DNA of 64,000 bases from IMG/VR virus record IMGVR_UViG_3300009008_003296, positions 1 through 64,000 of that record; one strand, given 5' to 3'. The translations under genes and the position numbers were made by a program. The DNA is from a virus. The notes beneath the pieces are model-generated. The model saw nothing but the letters and a program-made list of their open reading frames with translations. It did no database searches and was not told the origin of the DNA. Numbering within the stretch: the first letter of the stretch is position 1; the number at the start of each line of letters is the position of its first letter. Below are positions 19,378-28,727 of this stretch, piece after piece.

Positions 19378-20898
19378 ATGATATTTTCACTAGAGCTTGA
19401 ACAACATCTTCTTTCCGCGCTTATCAAACACCCTGAGAAGTACGGCAATATTGCTAGCTTTATTGATGAGAATGATTTTTGTGCAGACGAGAACTCTATA
19501 AATAAAACTATTTTTTATGTGCTTAGGCAAGCGCTAGAAAACGCAGAGCAGATGGACGAAGTGCTTTTGTCCCAGCGTGTGGACGCCCTTAATATCAGCT
19601 TTCCAAATGATATTAAAATTTCTGATTATATTCGCTCTTTAGCCTTGCGCAAAGTTTCTCCAAACAATGTAGAAAAAATAGCCCAAGAGCTTAAAAAATA
19701 TACCGTTAGACGCGAAATCTTTGATGGCGCAAAAAGAGTGGCGGACTCTATGCGCAAAATGTCTCCTTGCACCTCATACAATGACATCATAGAAAGCGCA
19801 GACAACACCTTTAACGAGAAAATTAATTTTTTTGATGCTGGCCCTAGTAGCCCCGTTAATATCTCTGACGAGATGGAGGAATGGATAGAGGTTAGAGGCA
19901 ATAACCCCGTTACGGAGTTTGGCCTTATGAGCCCTTACAAGCGCGTCAATGATCTTTATGGCTCCCTATTGCGTCCGGGCAATATAACGGTCGTGGTGGC
20001 TCGCTCAGGGGTCGGGAAGACGCGTTTTTGTATGGACTTTTGTACCAAAGTGTCTTCTCAGTACGGAGTTCCTGTTTTGCATTTTGATAATGGTGAAATG
20101 TCAAAAGAAGAGCTTATTGTGCGCCAATGTTCGGCTTTAAGTGGCGTGTCAGCTAACCTACTAGAGACAGGCCAATGGAGACAAGCCGGAGAAGAAATTG
20201 TGAACAAGGTTCGCGCCGTTTGGAAAACGGTAAAAAATATTAAGTTTTATTATTATAATGTGGGAGGGATGAGCGTGGATAACATGACAGCAACCTTACG
20301 ACGCTTTTACTATTCCAAAATAGGCAGAGGGAATCCCTTGATTTTTTCGTTTGATTACATTAAAACCACCTTCGAGAACAATGGAGCGAAGTCAGAATGG
20401 CAAATCGTTGGGGAGATGGTAGACAAGTTTAAAAAAACTATTCAAAAAGAAATTCTTTCTGACGGTGGTCCCGTTATCCCTATGATTACTTCGGTACAAA
20501 GCAATCGATCTGGAATAGTCAACAATAGACAAGCACAGGATGTTGTTGATGACGAAAGTATCGTATCTCTTTCTGATCGCATTACTCAATTTTGTTCTCA
20601 TATGTTTATTTTAAGACAAAAGACTTTAGACGAAACAGCCAATGAGCCGAATTTTGGTACTCATAAATTGATTAATGTGAAGTCTCGTCACCTTGGCGCC
20701 GAATATATGAGAGCCATTAACCCAGTCAGAATGCCAGATGGTTCTTTGCGCAAAAATGCGATTAACCTACAAATGGATGGTTTTAACGTGGAAGAACGTG
20801 GCGACATGGTGGATTTAGTGAGAGCTCTAGATGTTAACGGCGAGCTTGACGCCGATGAAAACGTTGCTGATGATTTTATTCCGGAGCTTTTACGCTAA
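19378..20898 (+). CDS. dnaB: Replicative DNA helicase (DnaB-like)
   Basis: N-terminal EQHLLSAL domain, ARSGVGKT, GEMS, DYIK and QSNR. Confidence 0.88.
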   Translation: MIFSLELEQHLLSALIKHPEKYGNIASFIDENDFCADENSINKTIFYVLRQALENAEQMDEVLLSQRVDALNISFPNDIKISDYIRSLALRKVSPNNVEKIAQELKKYTVRREIFDGAKRVADSMRKMSPCTSYNDIIESADNTFNEKINFFDAGPSSPVNISDEMEEWIEVRGNNPVTEFGLMSPYKRVNDLYGSLLRPGNITVVVARSGVGKTRFCMDFCTKVSSQYGVPVLHFDNGEMSKEELIVRQCSALSGVSANLLETGQWRQAGEEIVNKVRAVWKTVKNIKFYYYNVGGMSVDNMTATLRRFYYSKIGRGNPLIFSFDYIKTTFENNGAKSEWQIVGEMVDKFKKTIQKEILSDGGPVIPMITSVQSNRSGIVNNRQAQDVVDDESIVSLSDRITQFCSHMFILRQKTLDETANEPNFGTHKLINVKSRHLGAEYMRAINPVRMPDGSLRKNAINLQMDGFNVEERGDMVDLVRALDVNGELDADENVADDFIPELLR

Positions 20899-21992
20899 TG
20901 GAAACCGAAGACATTAAAGAAATCTTAATTGAACTAGGGTTTAAACTACGTGATCGCGGACCCTACTGGCAAACCAATGCGCTATGGCGCAATGGAGATA
21001 ACTTTACTGCGGTCCAAATATATAAAGACTCTGGGGTTTGGCGCGACTATGTTGACGACACTTCTTTTTTGCCCTTTCAGGCACTTATAGAGAAAACCTT
21101 AGGAACTAAGGATAAAAAAATACTGTCTCGCTATATTCAGCCTTCTGGCGACGTCAAATCGCCCTCTGCCTTTGAAAAACAAGATCAAAAAGTTAAAATA
21201 CAAATGGACGAAACCTATTCATTGGAGTATTTATCCAAATTATTGCCTCATTTTAAATTCTATAACGATAAAGAAATCTCAAATTTAACATTAAAGCTCT
21301 ACAAAGGTGGTTTGGCTACCGCTGGTAAGCTGAACGGCAGATTTGTTTTTCCTGTTTTTGATGAAAACGATCCTTCTCAAATCATTGGCTTCACAGGGCG
21401 CCATTTGCGGTGGAACAGCGAATCAGAGTTTCCCAAGTGGAAGCATGTAGGGCGCAAATCTAATTGGCTTTATCCTATATGCATTACTGGGCCAGCGGAT
21501 TTCTGCCCTTTTTTAGAATGCATTCAAGAACGCAGAGAAATTATCGTTGTCGAAAGCATTGGGGATAGTTTGGCATTAACAGAGAACGGCTTCCTGAACC
21601 ATCTTGTAGTAGGAGGACTTGACCTAAGCTCAAAGCAGATTTCTTTTTTGCTATCCCAAGAATTGAACCAAATCATTATTGCTACCAATAATGACGAGTC
21701 TAAAGCGGGGCTTCATGCAGCTATTAAAATTTTCGTTAAGCTTTTAAATTATTTTGACATCAATAAACTCCGCATCAATCTTCCAGTAGGAAATGACTTT
21801 GGAGATATGCAGCAAGAAGGTGTAAATTTTACAGAGGCATGGTATAAAAAACCCTTAAACAAAGAGAAGCAAATATCTAAAATATACTCTATCCTTAAAA
21901 GCAAAGAGGGAATGAATATCGTAAAAAATAAAACAGAAAGAAAGAAAAAAATAAATTTTCTTAAAAATCTACTAGAACAACCCAATGTCTAA
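20898..21992 (+). CDS. DNA primase (TOPRIM)
   Basis: RFVFPV..IIGFTGR, PKW, VESIGD, NND..AG and NDFGD; follows the helicase. Confidence 0.8.
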   Translation: METEDIKEILIELGFKLRDRGPYWQTNALWRNGDNFTAVQIYKDSGVWRDYVDDTSFLPFQALIEKTLGTKDKKILSRYIQPSGDVKSPSAFEKQDQKVKIQMDETYSLEYLSKLLPHFKFYNDKEISNLTLKLYKGGLATAGKLNGRFVFPVFDENDPSQIIGFTGRHLRWNSESEFPKWKHVGRKSNWLYPICITGPADFCPFLECIQERREIIVVESIGDSLALTENGFLNHLVVGGLDLSSKQISFLLSQELNQIIIATNNDESKAGLHAAIKIFVKLLNYFDINKLRINLPVGNDFGDMQQEGVNFTEAWYKKPLNKEKQISKIYSILKSKEGMNIVKNKTERKKKINFLKNLLEQPNV

Positions 21993-23034
21993 AAGAAAAC
22001 CTGTTTACCTATCAGCTAGCCGCCTCAAAACGGTTAAGATGTGTTCTTGGCTTTATTGGTGCAAATACCACCAGCGTTTACCAGACAAGTCTAACGATGG
22101 TGCTTCCAGAGGCACTGTTTGCCACCTAATTTTTGAATGTCTCGGAAAGCCCTCGAGAAGGCACTACTATGACTCTATTCTAAAAAGCAATGATCCGTTT
22201 GTTATCCCTTCTATTAAAAGGCTCATACTGTCCACTGCTCAGGCACTTAATGTAGACGACGAAGAGAACATGAGTCTTATTAAAGATATGATTGCAGCAG
22301 GGGTGCGCTACGATTTTTTAGGTAAGAAAAACGGTAAACCAGCCCAGTCCTTTTCAGAGTATGAGTTTGACATGCATGTCAACGAAGGAGCAAAAGATTA
22401 TTATATTAAAGGCTTTATAGATAAGTTGTTTATATACGATAAAAAAAGCTCTGCTTTGATCAGAGACTTTAAAACAAGCAAACAGGTCTTCAAAGGGGAA
22501 GATAAGAAAAAAAACCTGCAAGACTATATTTACAGCCTCGCTGTTAAATACCTTTTTCCAGATATTAAAAACCGTAATAGCGAGTTTGTTTTTTTAAAAT
22601 TTGATTTGGAAAAAGGCGATAAACCTGAAGGCATTATGAAGATGCGTAAAATTTCTAACAAAAAGTTGGATGAGTTTGAAATCGAATTAACACAAGCCCA
22701 AACATATTTAACAAAATTTAATTATAATTGCGCTATCGGCTCTTATGCCGCAGATAAACCAAACCCCAAAGACGGCAGCTTTGGTGGCCCTATTGCTTGT
22801 GGGAGAGCAAAATACAGAGGTCAACCCAAGAAAGACGGTAGCCCCATGTGGCACTGTACTTACAAATTTCCCTTTGATTACTATGGCCTTTTTGATGAGA
22901 ACGATAATCTGGTAAGTACAGAATTTCCAGATAACTACAGCGTACTCCTCAAAAATAAGAAAAAAAACTTTTCTATTAAAAAACTACATTACGCAGGGTG
23001 CCCTCGGTGGAATTATCTTGACATGCCCATGTAA
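21985..23034 (+). CDS. Cas4/RecB-like PD-(D/E)xK exonuclease
   Basis: LSASRL...C, G.VCH, GFIDKL, IRDFKTSK and C-terminal cysteines. Confidence 0.75.
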   Translation: MSKRKPVYLSASRLKTVKMCSWLYWCKYHQRLPDKSNDGASRGTVCHLIFECLGKPSRRHYYDSILKSNDPFVIPSIKRLILSTAQALNVDDEENMSLIKDMIAAGVRYDFLGKKNGKPAQSFSEYEFDMHVNEGAKDYYIKGFIDKLFIYDKKSSALIRDFKTSKQVFKGEDKKKNLQDYIYSLAVKYLFPDIKNRNSEFVFLKFDLEKGDKPEGIMKMRKISNKKLDEFEIELTQAQTYLTKFNYNCAIGSYAADKPNPKDGSFGGPIACGRAKYRGQPKKDGSPMWHCTYKFPFDYYGLFDENDNLVSTEFPDNYSVLLKNKKKNFSIKKLHYAGCPRWNYLDMPM

Positions 23035-23053
23035 TAGGCTATACTCAGATAGT

Positions 23054-23797
23054 ATGGTACCTTTATTTAAAACGCATTACAGCATAGGTAAGTCTATACT
23101 AACCGTCAATGACCCCTCTCGCCTCAAAGAGGGAAGCTCGGACAGCGTAATACAAATTGCCCTTGATAACAACCTTGACAAACTAGTGCTTGTGGAAGAT
23201 AATTTTCACGGTTTTCTCGAATCGAAGAAAAGGTGCGAAGAGCATAATATACAACTTGTGTTTGGGTTGCGTTTAAATGTTTGTAACTCCCATAGCGATG
23301 ACAACAAAAAAAACCATAAAGTCATCGTGTTTGCCAAGAATGACCACGGATGCAAAAAGCTTTATAAGATACATTCATCAGCTTTTTGTGACTACAGCCA
23401 ACGGCTAACATTCAAAGACTTAAAAGAGCACTGGACAAACAATTTATTGATGGCGATTCCTTTCTATGATTCGTTTTTATATCACAATAATTTTTCTTTC
23501 AGTGAATTTATTCCTGATTTTAGTTTTTGCAAACCGCTGTTTTTCCTAGAGAACAATAAGCTTCCCTTTGACCATTTACTGCGCGCAGTTGTAGAAGAAT
23601 ATGCTAAAGCGCACACATATGAAACAGAAGAAGCGAAAACTATTTATTATAAAAATAGAAAAGATTTTGCAGCTTACCAGACTTTCAAAATTATCTGCAA
23701 TCGTAGCTTTAGCGGTCGCAAGTCAGACTTAACTCGACCGAATTTGGACCATTGCGGCAGCCAAGAGTTTTGTATGGAGAGCTTTTTAGAAAAATGA
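23054..23797 (+). CDS. Stand-alone PHP domain of DNA polymerase III alpha (degenerate)
   Basis: PLFKTHYSIGKSIL, LVEDNFHGF, FGLRL and VFAKNDHGCKKL. ATG 23054 lies just after a promoter; the 23018 TTG is the -35 box. Confidence 0.8.
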   Translation: MVPLFKTHYSIGKSILTVNDPSRLKEGSSDSVIQIALDNNLDKLVLVEDNFHGFLESKKRCEEHNIQLVFGLRLNVCNSHSDDNKKNHKVIVFAKNDHGCKKLYKIHSSAFCDYSQRLTFKDLKEHWTNNLLMAIPFYDSFLYHNNFSFSEFIPDFSFCKPLFFLENNKLPFDHLLRAVVEEYAKAHTYETEEAKTIYYKNRKDFAAYQTFKIICNRSFSGRKSDLTRPNLDHCGSQEFCMESFLEK

Positions 23798-24261
23798 AAA
23801 AATTTATAATCAGTGACAACGCTCTTGAACGAGTAAAAGACCGAGCAGCAAAGCTTCCTTTGCTAAATAATTCTATCCGTCAAGGTATGGGCAGCTTGGT
23901 GGCATACATAGGCGAAGAGGTTGCTAAAAATGTTCTCAACGGGGAAATTAAAGATACCTATGATTATGATATTGTTTACCAAGGTACGAAGGTCGATGTC
24001 AAAACCAAAGAGCGTACGGTTGCGCCTAAAGCTTACTACGAATGTTCGGTCGCAGACTTCAACACAAGACAAGACTGTGATGAATATGCTTTTGTAAGCG
24101 TTCTCCACACTCTTAAAGAAGCGTGGTATCTCGGAAAGATTAGTAAGCGTGACTTTTACAATCAAGCAGTTTTCCACCGTAAAGGAGAGGTTGATCCTGC
24201 TAACAATTTTACCTTTAAAGCAGACTGTTATAACATTCCTATAAATTTATTAAATTCATAA
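23794..24261 (+). CDS. Restriction-endonuclease-fold (PD-(D/E)xK) protein
   Basis: GEEVA...YDYDI....VDVKTK; ATGA overlap with the upstream gene. Confidence 0.55.
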   Translation: MKKFIISDNALERVKDRAAKLPLLNNSIRQGMGSLVAYIGEEVAKNVLNGEIKDTYDYDIVYQGTKVDVKTKERTVAPKAYYECSVADFNTRQDCDEYAFVSVLHTLKEAWYLGKISKRDFYNQAVFHRKGEVDPANNFTFKADCYNIPINLLNS

Positions 24262-24330
24262 TGAAAAAGAAACAATACGATATTCTTCCGTCTCCCTGCG
24301 AAGAGGATTATATGGTATGGGTATGGTAAG

Positions 24331-24501
24331 ATGGACGACACCCCTCAACAACGATATAACAAGACCCCCAAAGGGAAAAAAGCTCGGCTTCGAGCTCAAA
24401 AAAAGTACGATATAAAAGACAAAGAAAAACGCCGTGCACAAAAAAGAGAATACATGCGCCGCAAAAGAGCAGAGAACCCTAGTTACTGTAAATGGAAATA
24501 G
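24331..24501 (+). CDS. Small highly basic protein (56 aa)
   Basis: Hand-translated: MDDTPQQRYNKTPKGKKARLRAQKKYD...REYMRRKRAENPSYCKWK. Confidence 0.55.
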   Translation: MDDTPQQRYNKTPKGKKARLRAQKKYDIKDKEKRRAQKREYMRRKRAENPSYCKWK

Positions 24502-24503
24502 TC

Positions 24504-24580
24504 GCCACCTTAGCTCAGTCCGGCAGAGCATCCGATTTGTAATCGGAAGCGCCTTGGTTCGAATCCAAGAGGTGGCTCCA
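24504..24580 (+). tRNA. tRNA-Thr(TGT) with encoded CCA
   Basis: Acceptor GCCACCT/AGGTGGC, D arm GCTC/GAGC, anticodon arm TCCGA-TTTGTAA-TCGGA, T arm CTTGG-TTCGAAT-CCAAG and a TCCA end. Confidence 0.95.
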
Positions 24581-24585
24581 TCTAT

Positions 24586-25101
24586 ATGAAAGACCATACA
24601 CCCACATTAAAGAAAAAATGCAAAAATTGCGGCACAGCAATAACAGTGCGGCGTTCTGACCACAACAGAGGACAGGCTCTTTTCTGTAGCCGTGCTTGTA
24701 GCGGCTACCACAATAATACGAAAAGAAAGAGCTTAGACCTAACTTGCACCATATGCGGGGGCTCATTTAAATCTAAATGCTCCCACGCTAAATACTGTAG
24801 CACCTCTTGCCGCAGACACATGTATATCTCCCGCGCAAAAAAGGATAGAGATAGAGGGAAGTATCGCTACCACCTTAGCAAAAAAATAAGAGACAAGTAC
24901 GGCACACTCTCTTGTTTTATTTGTGGCTGGCAAGAAGCCACGTGCGATGTGCACCATATTGTGCCTCGCTCAAAAGGAGGGACAGACGAAGATAGTAACA
25001 TGACCGTCGTATGCCCCAACCACCACCGCATGATTCACCAAGGCAAAGTAAATGTGAATAATATTAAAACCCTAGCCCATCAATTTAAATTAAAAAAATG
25101 A
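24586..25101 (+). CDS. HNH endonuclease with N-terminal CxxC/CSxxC zinc repeats
   Basis: CFICG...DVHHIVPRSKGG...N...CPNHHRMIH. Confidence 0.9.
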   Translation: MKDHTPTLKKKCKNCGTAITVRRSDHNRGQALFCSRACSGYHNNTKRKSLDLTCTICGGSFKSKCSHAKYCSTSCRRHMYISRAKKDRDRGKYRYHLSKKIRDKYGTLSCFICGWQEATCDVHHIVPRSKGGTDEDSNMTVVCPNHHRMIHQGKVNVNNIKTLAHQFKLKK

Positions 25102-25523
25102 AAGACAAACTTTTTTTATCACCAAAGATACAAGTTAAAACTGTGGATGGTTGCCGTGGGGTTTTCTGCGTAGAAGATATTAAGAAAGGGGAGGGCGTGG
25201 AAGAAAGCGGGCTTCTCCTTCTGGAAAATAACAAATGGGAGGACTGTGACAAAGAGCTTTTAAAGTGCGCTTTCCCATGGCCAGAGTTGCGCTCAGATTG
25301 GAAGGATTTTTGCGATGAACATGGAGGCATCTTGCCTTTTCATGCTACCCGTCCAGTTTTAGTGCTTGGGTACGGTATGTTTTATCGGCGCTCCCCCTCA
25401 CCTAACATTAACCATAAGATAGAAAAAAAATTATTTACTTGCAATTTTGTAGCAACATGTGATATAAAAGAAGGGGAAGAATTGTTTTTACCTAAACCCA
25501 AAACCGAAGAAAACCATGAATGA
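25098..25523 (+). CDS. SET-domain protein (degenerate active site)
   Basis: RGVF...DIKKGE, LGYGMFY..SPSPN and ATCDIKEGEEL. Confidence 0.8.
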   Translation: MKDKLFLSPKIQVKTVDGCRGVFCVEDIKKGEGVEESGLLLLENNKWEDCDKELLKCAFPWPELRSDWKDFCDEHGGILPFHATRPVLVLGYGMFYRRSPSPNINHKIEKKLFTCNFVATCDIKEGEELFLPKPKTEENHE

Positions 25524-26157
25524 TAATCTGTTACGATTTAAAAAAAACCAAAAGTATTTGTGTTTTGATTTTGAGACGTGCCATCTAAATCTTTTGAACT
25601 CAGACAATAAGCCATGGCAATTAGGGTATGGCATTTTCCAAGGGAAGAAGCTCATAAAAAGTTTTGATCGATTAATTAAGTGGCCTGTTTTAAACATTAG
25701 CCCCGAAGCAGCCAAGATTTGCCGTTTTAATCGTCGCCATTATGAAAAAAATGCTACAGATGCAGCAGCCATCCTTCAGGAATTTGAAAAATATCTTTAC
25801 GACCCTTCTTATTTGGTTCTTGGCCATAATTTATTAGGGTTTGATGTTTATATCCACAATATTTATCGTAAATTACTCAAACTCAAGTCAGACTTCTCCT
25901 ACGTAGACAGAATTATCGATACAAACTGCATCGCGAAAGCCGCCAAAGAAAAAATTAAAAAAAGCAAAAGCGAACCATTGATTAATTGGCAATATAAGCT
26001 GAATGAGTTTCGCAAAAGAGGGCTAAAAACTAACCAAAAACAATTACTTAAAGACTATGATATTAAATTTGACGAAAGTAAGCTCCATGACGCTCGTTAC
26101 GATATCGGAATGACATTTAAAATTTTTAACAAACTCATATGGGAGGTCGAAATATAA
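25516..26157 (+). CDS. DEDDh 3'-5' exonuclease (DnaQ/epsilon-like)
   Basis: FDFET, GHN..GFD, IIDT and HDARYD. Confidence 0.85.
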   Translation: MNDNLLRFKKNQKYLCFDFETCHLNLLNSDNKPWQLGYGIFQGKKLIKSFDRLIKWPVLNISPEAAKICRFNRRHYEKNATDAAAILQEFEKYLYDPSYLVLGHNLLGFDVYIHNIYRKLLKLKSDFSYVDRIIDTNCIAKAAKEKIKKSKSEPLINWQYKLNEFRKRGLKTNQKQLLKDYDIKFDESKLHDARYDIGMTFKIFNKLIWEVEI

Positions 26158-28727
26158 TGTTTGCAGATAAGTTTACCAAATACGATAAGTGTGCCCCAGC
26201 TGGGGTTCTTCTCCCTAAGATTAAAATCGATAAAAAGTTTTACAAAAAACTTGGTCTCGACGAAGAAGTCGATAATCTAAGATTCCTAAAGAAGCTTTGT
26301 TGGGAGAGTATTAAAGAGATGGGCATCAATAAATACCCCAACAAAGATCGATATTACGACAGAGCAGGAGAAGAGCTGAAAATATTAGACGAGCTCGGAT
26401 TTATTGATTATATTTTGCTTAATTGGGATATTTTAAACTATTGTCACGAACATGATATACCGACTGGTCCCGGCCGCGGATCAGCCGCAGGTTCCCTAAT
26501 ACTTTATTTGCTCAAGGTTACAAAAGTAGATCCGATTAAGTACAATCTTTTCTTCGAGAGATTTGTTTCTAAAAGCCGTGCTCGCAAAATAGAGAAAGAC
26601 GGTATAACTTATCTTGACGGATCTTTATTGGCTGATGTTGACAATGATATCGCTTATGATCGACGAAGCGAGGTGATTGAATACATCAAACGTAAACACC
26701 CTTCTCGTACATGCCGAATTTTAAATTTGGTTAGCTTAAGCGGTAAGCTTTGCATCAAGGAGACCGGCAAAATTGTTGGTCTTTACACAGAGCAAGAGGT
26801 TAACGAGTTAAGCGATTTGATTCCTGTTAAATTTGGTAAGGTTTCCCCTTTGTCTGAGGCGCGCCAAGAAAGTGAGCTTTTCGACGAGTGGTGCGAGGAA
26901 AACATCAAAGTTTACGAGATAGCTCGCAAACTAGAAGGCCTTATTAAGAACACAGGTATTCATGCGTCAGGTATTGCAATTTCCCATGACCGTTTAACTG
27001 ATATTTGCCCGCTCCAAAAAACTAAAGAAGGAGAGCTGACCTCTTGTTATGACATGAATTGGATTTCTGAGCTTACAGTTAAGTTTGACATATTAGGCTT
27101 GAAAACTTTAACCGTTCTAAAAGAGGCGTCACGCCTTGCTCAAATAAACTTAGAGAGCATCGACCTGAGCCAAAAAAAGCTCTACAAGCATCTACAAAAC
27201 CTTGAATGCCCACAAGGGCTTTTTCAAATTGAGGCGGATACCAATTTTGGTGTTTGCAAAAAAATTAAACCTCGCAACCTAGAGGAAGTTTCGGCTGTGA
27301 TCGCTATAGCGAGACCGGGCGCTCTCGAATTCAAAGATCAGTACGCCAACTATATTCGCACAGGTACCCCAGATCTAGTTCATCCTGAATTTGCTGATAT
27401 TCTAGACTCTACCGGAGGTATTCCTCTTTATCAAGAGCAACTCATGCAAATGGCGGTGAAAGTAGGGTTTACGTTGGATGAAGCTGAGCAATTGCGCCGC
27501 ATTGTTGGAAAAAAGAAAGTGGACCAGATGCCCGAATGGCAGTCCAAGATTCACCAGAAGGTAGAAGAAAACCGTTTAACGAACGCATGGACAGGCCTTC
27601 GCGGAACAGAGATCGCTGATGTCCTATGGCAGGTAGCAGAAGATAGCGCTAATTATTCTTTTAACAAATCTCATTCTATTAGTTATGCCATCCTTTCCGC
27701 ATGGACAACTTATCTAAAGTTCAATTATCCTCAATATTTTTATATTGCTTTGCTTAAAATGGCGAAACACGAGGCTGATCCTTTTGACCAAGTCAACAGA
27801 ATAGCTCGAGAGTTAAACTACTTTAACATGAAGCTCCTACCTCCCGATTTGGCAAAATCAGAAATGGACTTTACAGTAGAAGGCAAAGATATTCGTTATG
27901 GGCTTAATTGTATTAAAGGTGTTAGCGAAAAAAGCTTACAGTCCATTGTTGACTTTAGAGCTTCGGAGATTTCTAATAAGTTTGATGTTTTTCTAGCCGC
28001 TAAAGACGCCAAAATTAACATAGGGGTGTTGTCATCGCTAATACAGGCCGGAGCACTTAGCTCTTTCGGCAATAGCCGCAGCCGCATGGCGCTTGAAGCT
28101 CAAGCATTTAATATTTTAACTGATAGAGAAAAAAGAAATTTCATAGCTCTTGGACCTAAATATAATTATGATGTTTTAAACATATTGGGCACAGAGGTCC
28201 TCAAAAACAAAGGCGTAGGGGACGACAACAAACCAATCATGAAAGAGAGCCGCACCCAAACCTTTCTTAAAAAATACAGACCCTACAAACACATATACGA
28301 TAAGAATAAAAGTTTTGAAAAATTTGCTAATTGGTATTTTGAAAACCAACTATTAGGCTATTCTTACACTCATACGCTCCGAGATGTCTTCAAGAACGAA
28401 ACCGGCAATTTAATGAATTGTTACGAAGTGTGTTCTACAGATACCAACGAAGGTGTAAAATTTGTAGGAGTAGTAAAAGATTGTAGTCGGCGTTTGGTTA
28501 GCAGAAACAACAACCGTTACATTCGTCTTACAATGGCAGATGAACTTGGGCGTATTGATTGTATGTTTTTTGACCCCAAGCTGGAAAAATATTTAGAAGG
28601 TAAAGGGGCACCCGAAAAAGACAATATTGTCACTATTGTAGGAAAGAAATCAGAAGATATTGTTTTTGTAGACGATATGAATGTTTTAGATGGACGTATT
28701 TACATGAAACTGTCAGATATAAAATGA
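26157..28727 (+). CDS. dnaE: DNA polymerase III alpha catalytic core, lacking the PHP domain
   Basis: GPGRGSAAGSL, FERF, DVDND, HASG, KFDILGL, YQEQLM, YSFNKSH and a C-terminal OB fold; TAATG start. Confidence 0.93.
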   Translation: MFADKFTKYDKCAPAGVLLPKIKIDKKFYKKLGLDEEVDNLRFLKKLCWESIKEMGINKYPNKDRYYDRAGEELKILDELGFIDYILLNWDILNYCHEHDIPTGPGRGSAAGSLILYLLKVTKVDPIKYNLFFERFVSKSRARKIEKDGITYLDGSLLADVDNDIAYDRRSEVIEYIKRKHPSRTCRILNLVSLSGKLCIKETGKIVGLYTEQEVNELSDLIPVKFGKVSPLSEARQESELFDEWCEENIKVYEIARKLEGLIKNTGIHASGIAISHDRLTDICPLQKTKEGELTSCYDMNWISELTVKFDILGLKTLTVLKEASRLAQINLESIDLSQKKLYKHLQNLECPQGLFQIEADTNFGVCKKIKPRNLEEVSAVIAIARPGALEFKDQYANYIRTGTPDLVHPEFADILDSTGGIPLYQEQLMQMAVKVGFTLDEAEQLRRIVGKKKVDQMPEWQSKIHQKVEENRLTNAWTGLRGTEIADVLWQVAEDSANYSFNKSHSISYAILSAWTTYLKFNYPQYFYIALLKMAKHEADPFDQVNRIARELNYFNMKLLPPDLAKSEMDFTVEGKDIRYGLNCIKGVSEKSLQSIVDFRASEISNKFDVFLAAKDAKINIGVLSSLIQAGALSSFGNSRSRMALEAQAFNILTDREKRNFIALGPKYNYDVLNILGTEVLKNKGVGDDNKPIMKESRTQTFLKKYRPYKHIYDKNKSFEKFANWYFENQLLGYSYTHTLRDVFKNETGNLMNCYEVCSTDTNEGVKFVGVVKDCSRRLVSRNNNRYIRLTMADELGRIDCMFFDPKLEKYLEGKGAPEKDNIVTIVGKKSEDIVFVDDMNVLDGRIYMKLSDIK

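Noticed and set aside
23018-23053. TTG starts at 23018 and 40021 given in the ORF track
   Set aside because: These TTGs are the -35 boxes of predicted promoters; ATG 23054 and ATG 40063 fit better.
23797-26157. Group I intron or split intein joining the PHP and DnaE pieces
   Set aside because: No intein terminal motifs were seen, and the interval holds independent genes and a tRNA rather than an intron core.
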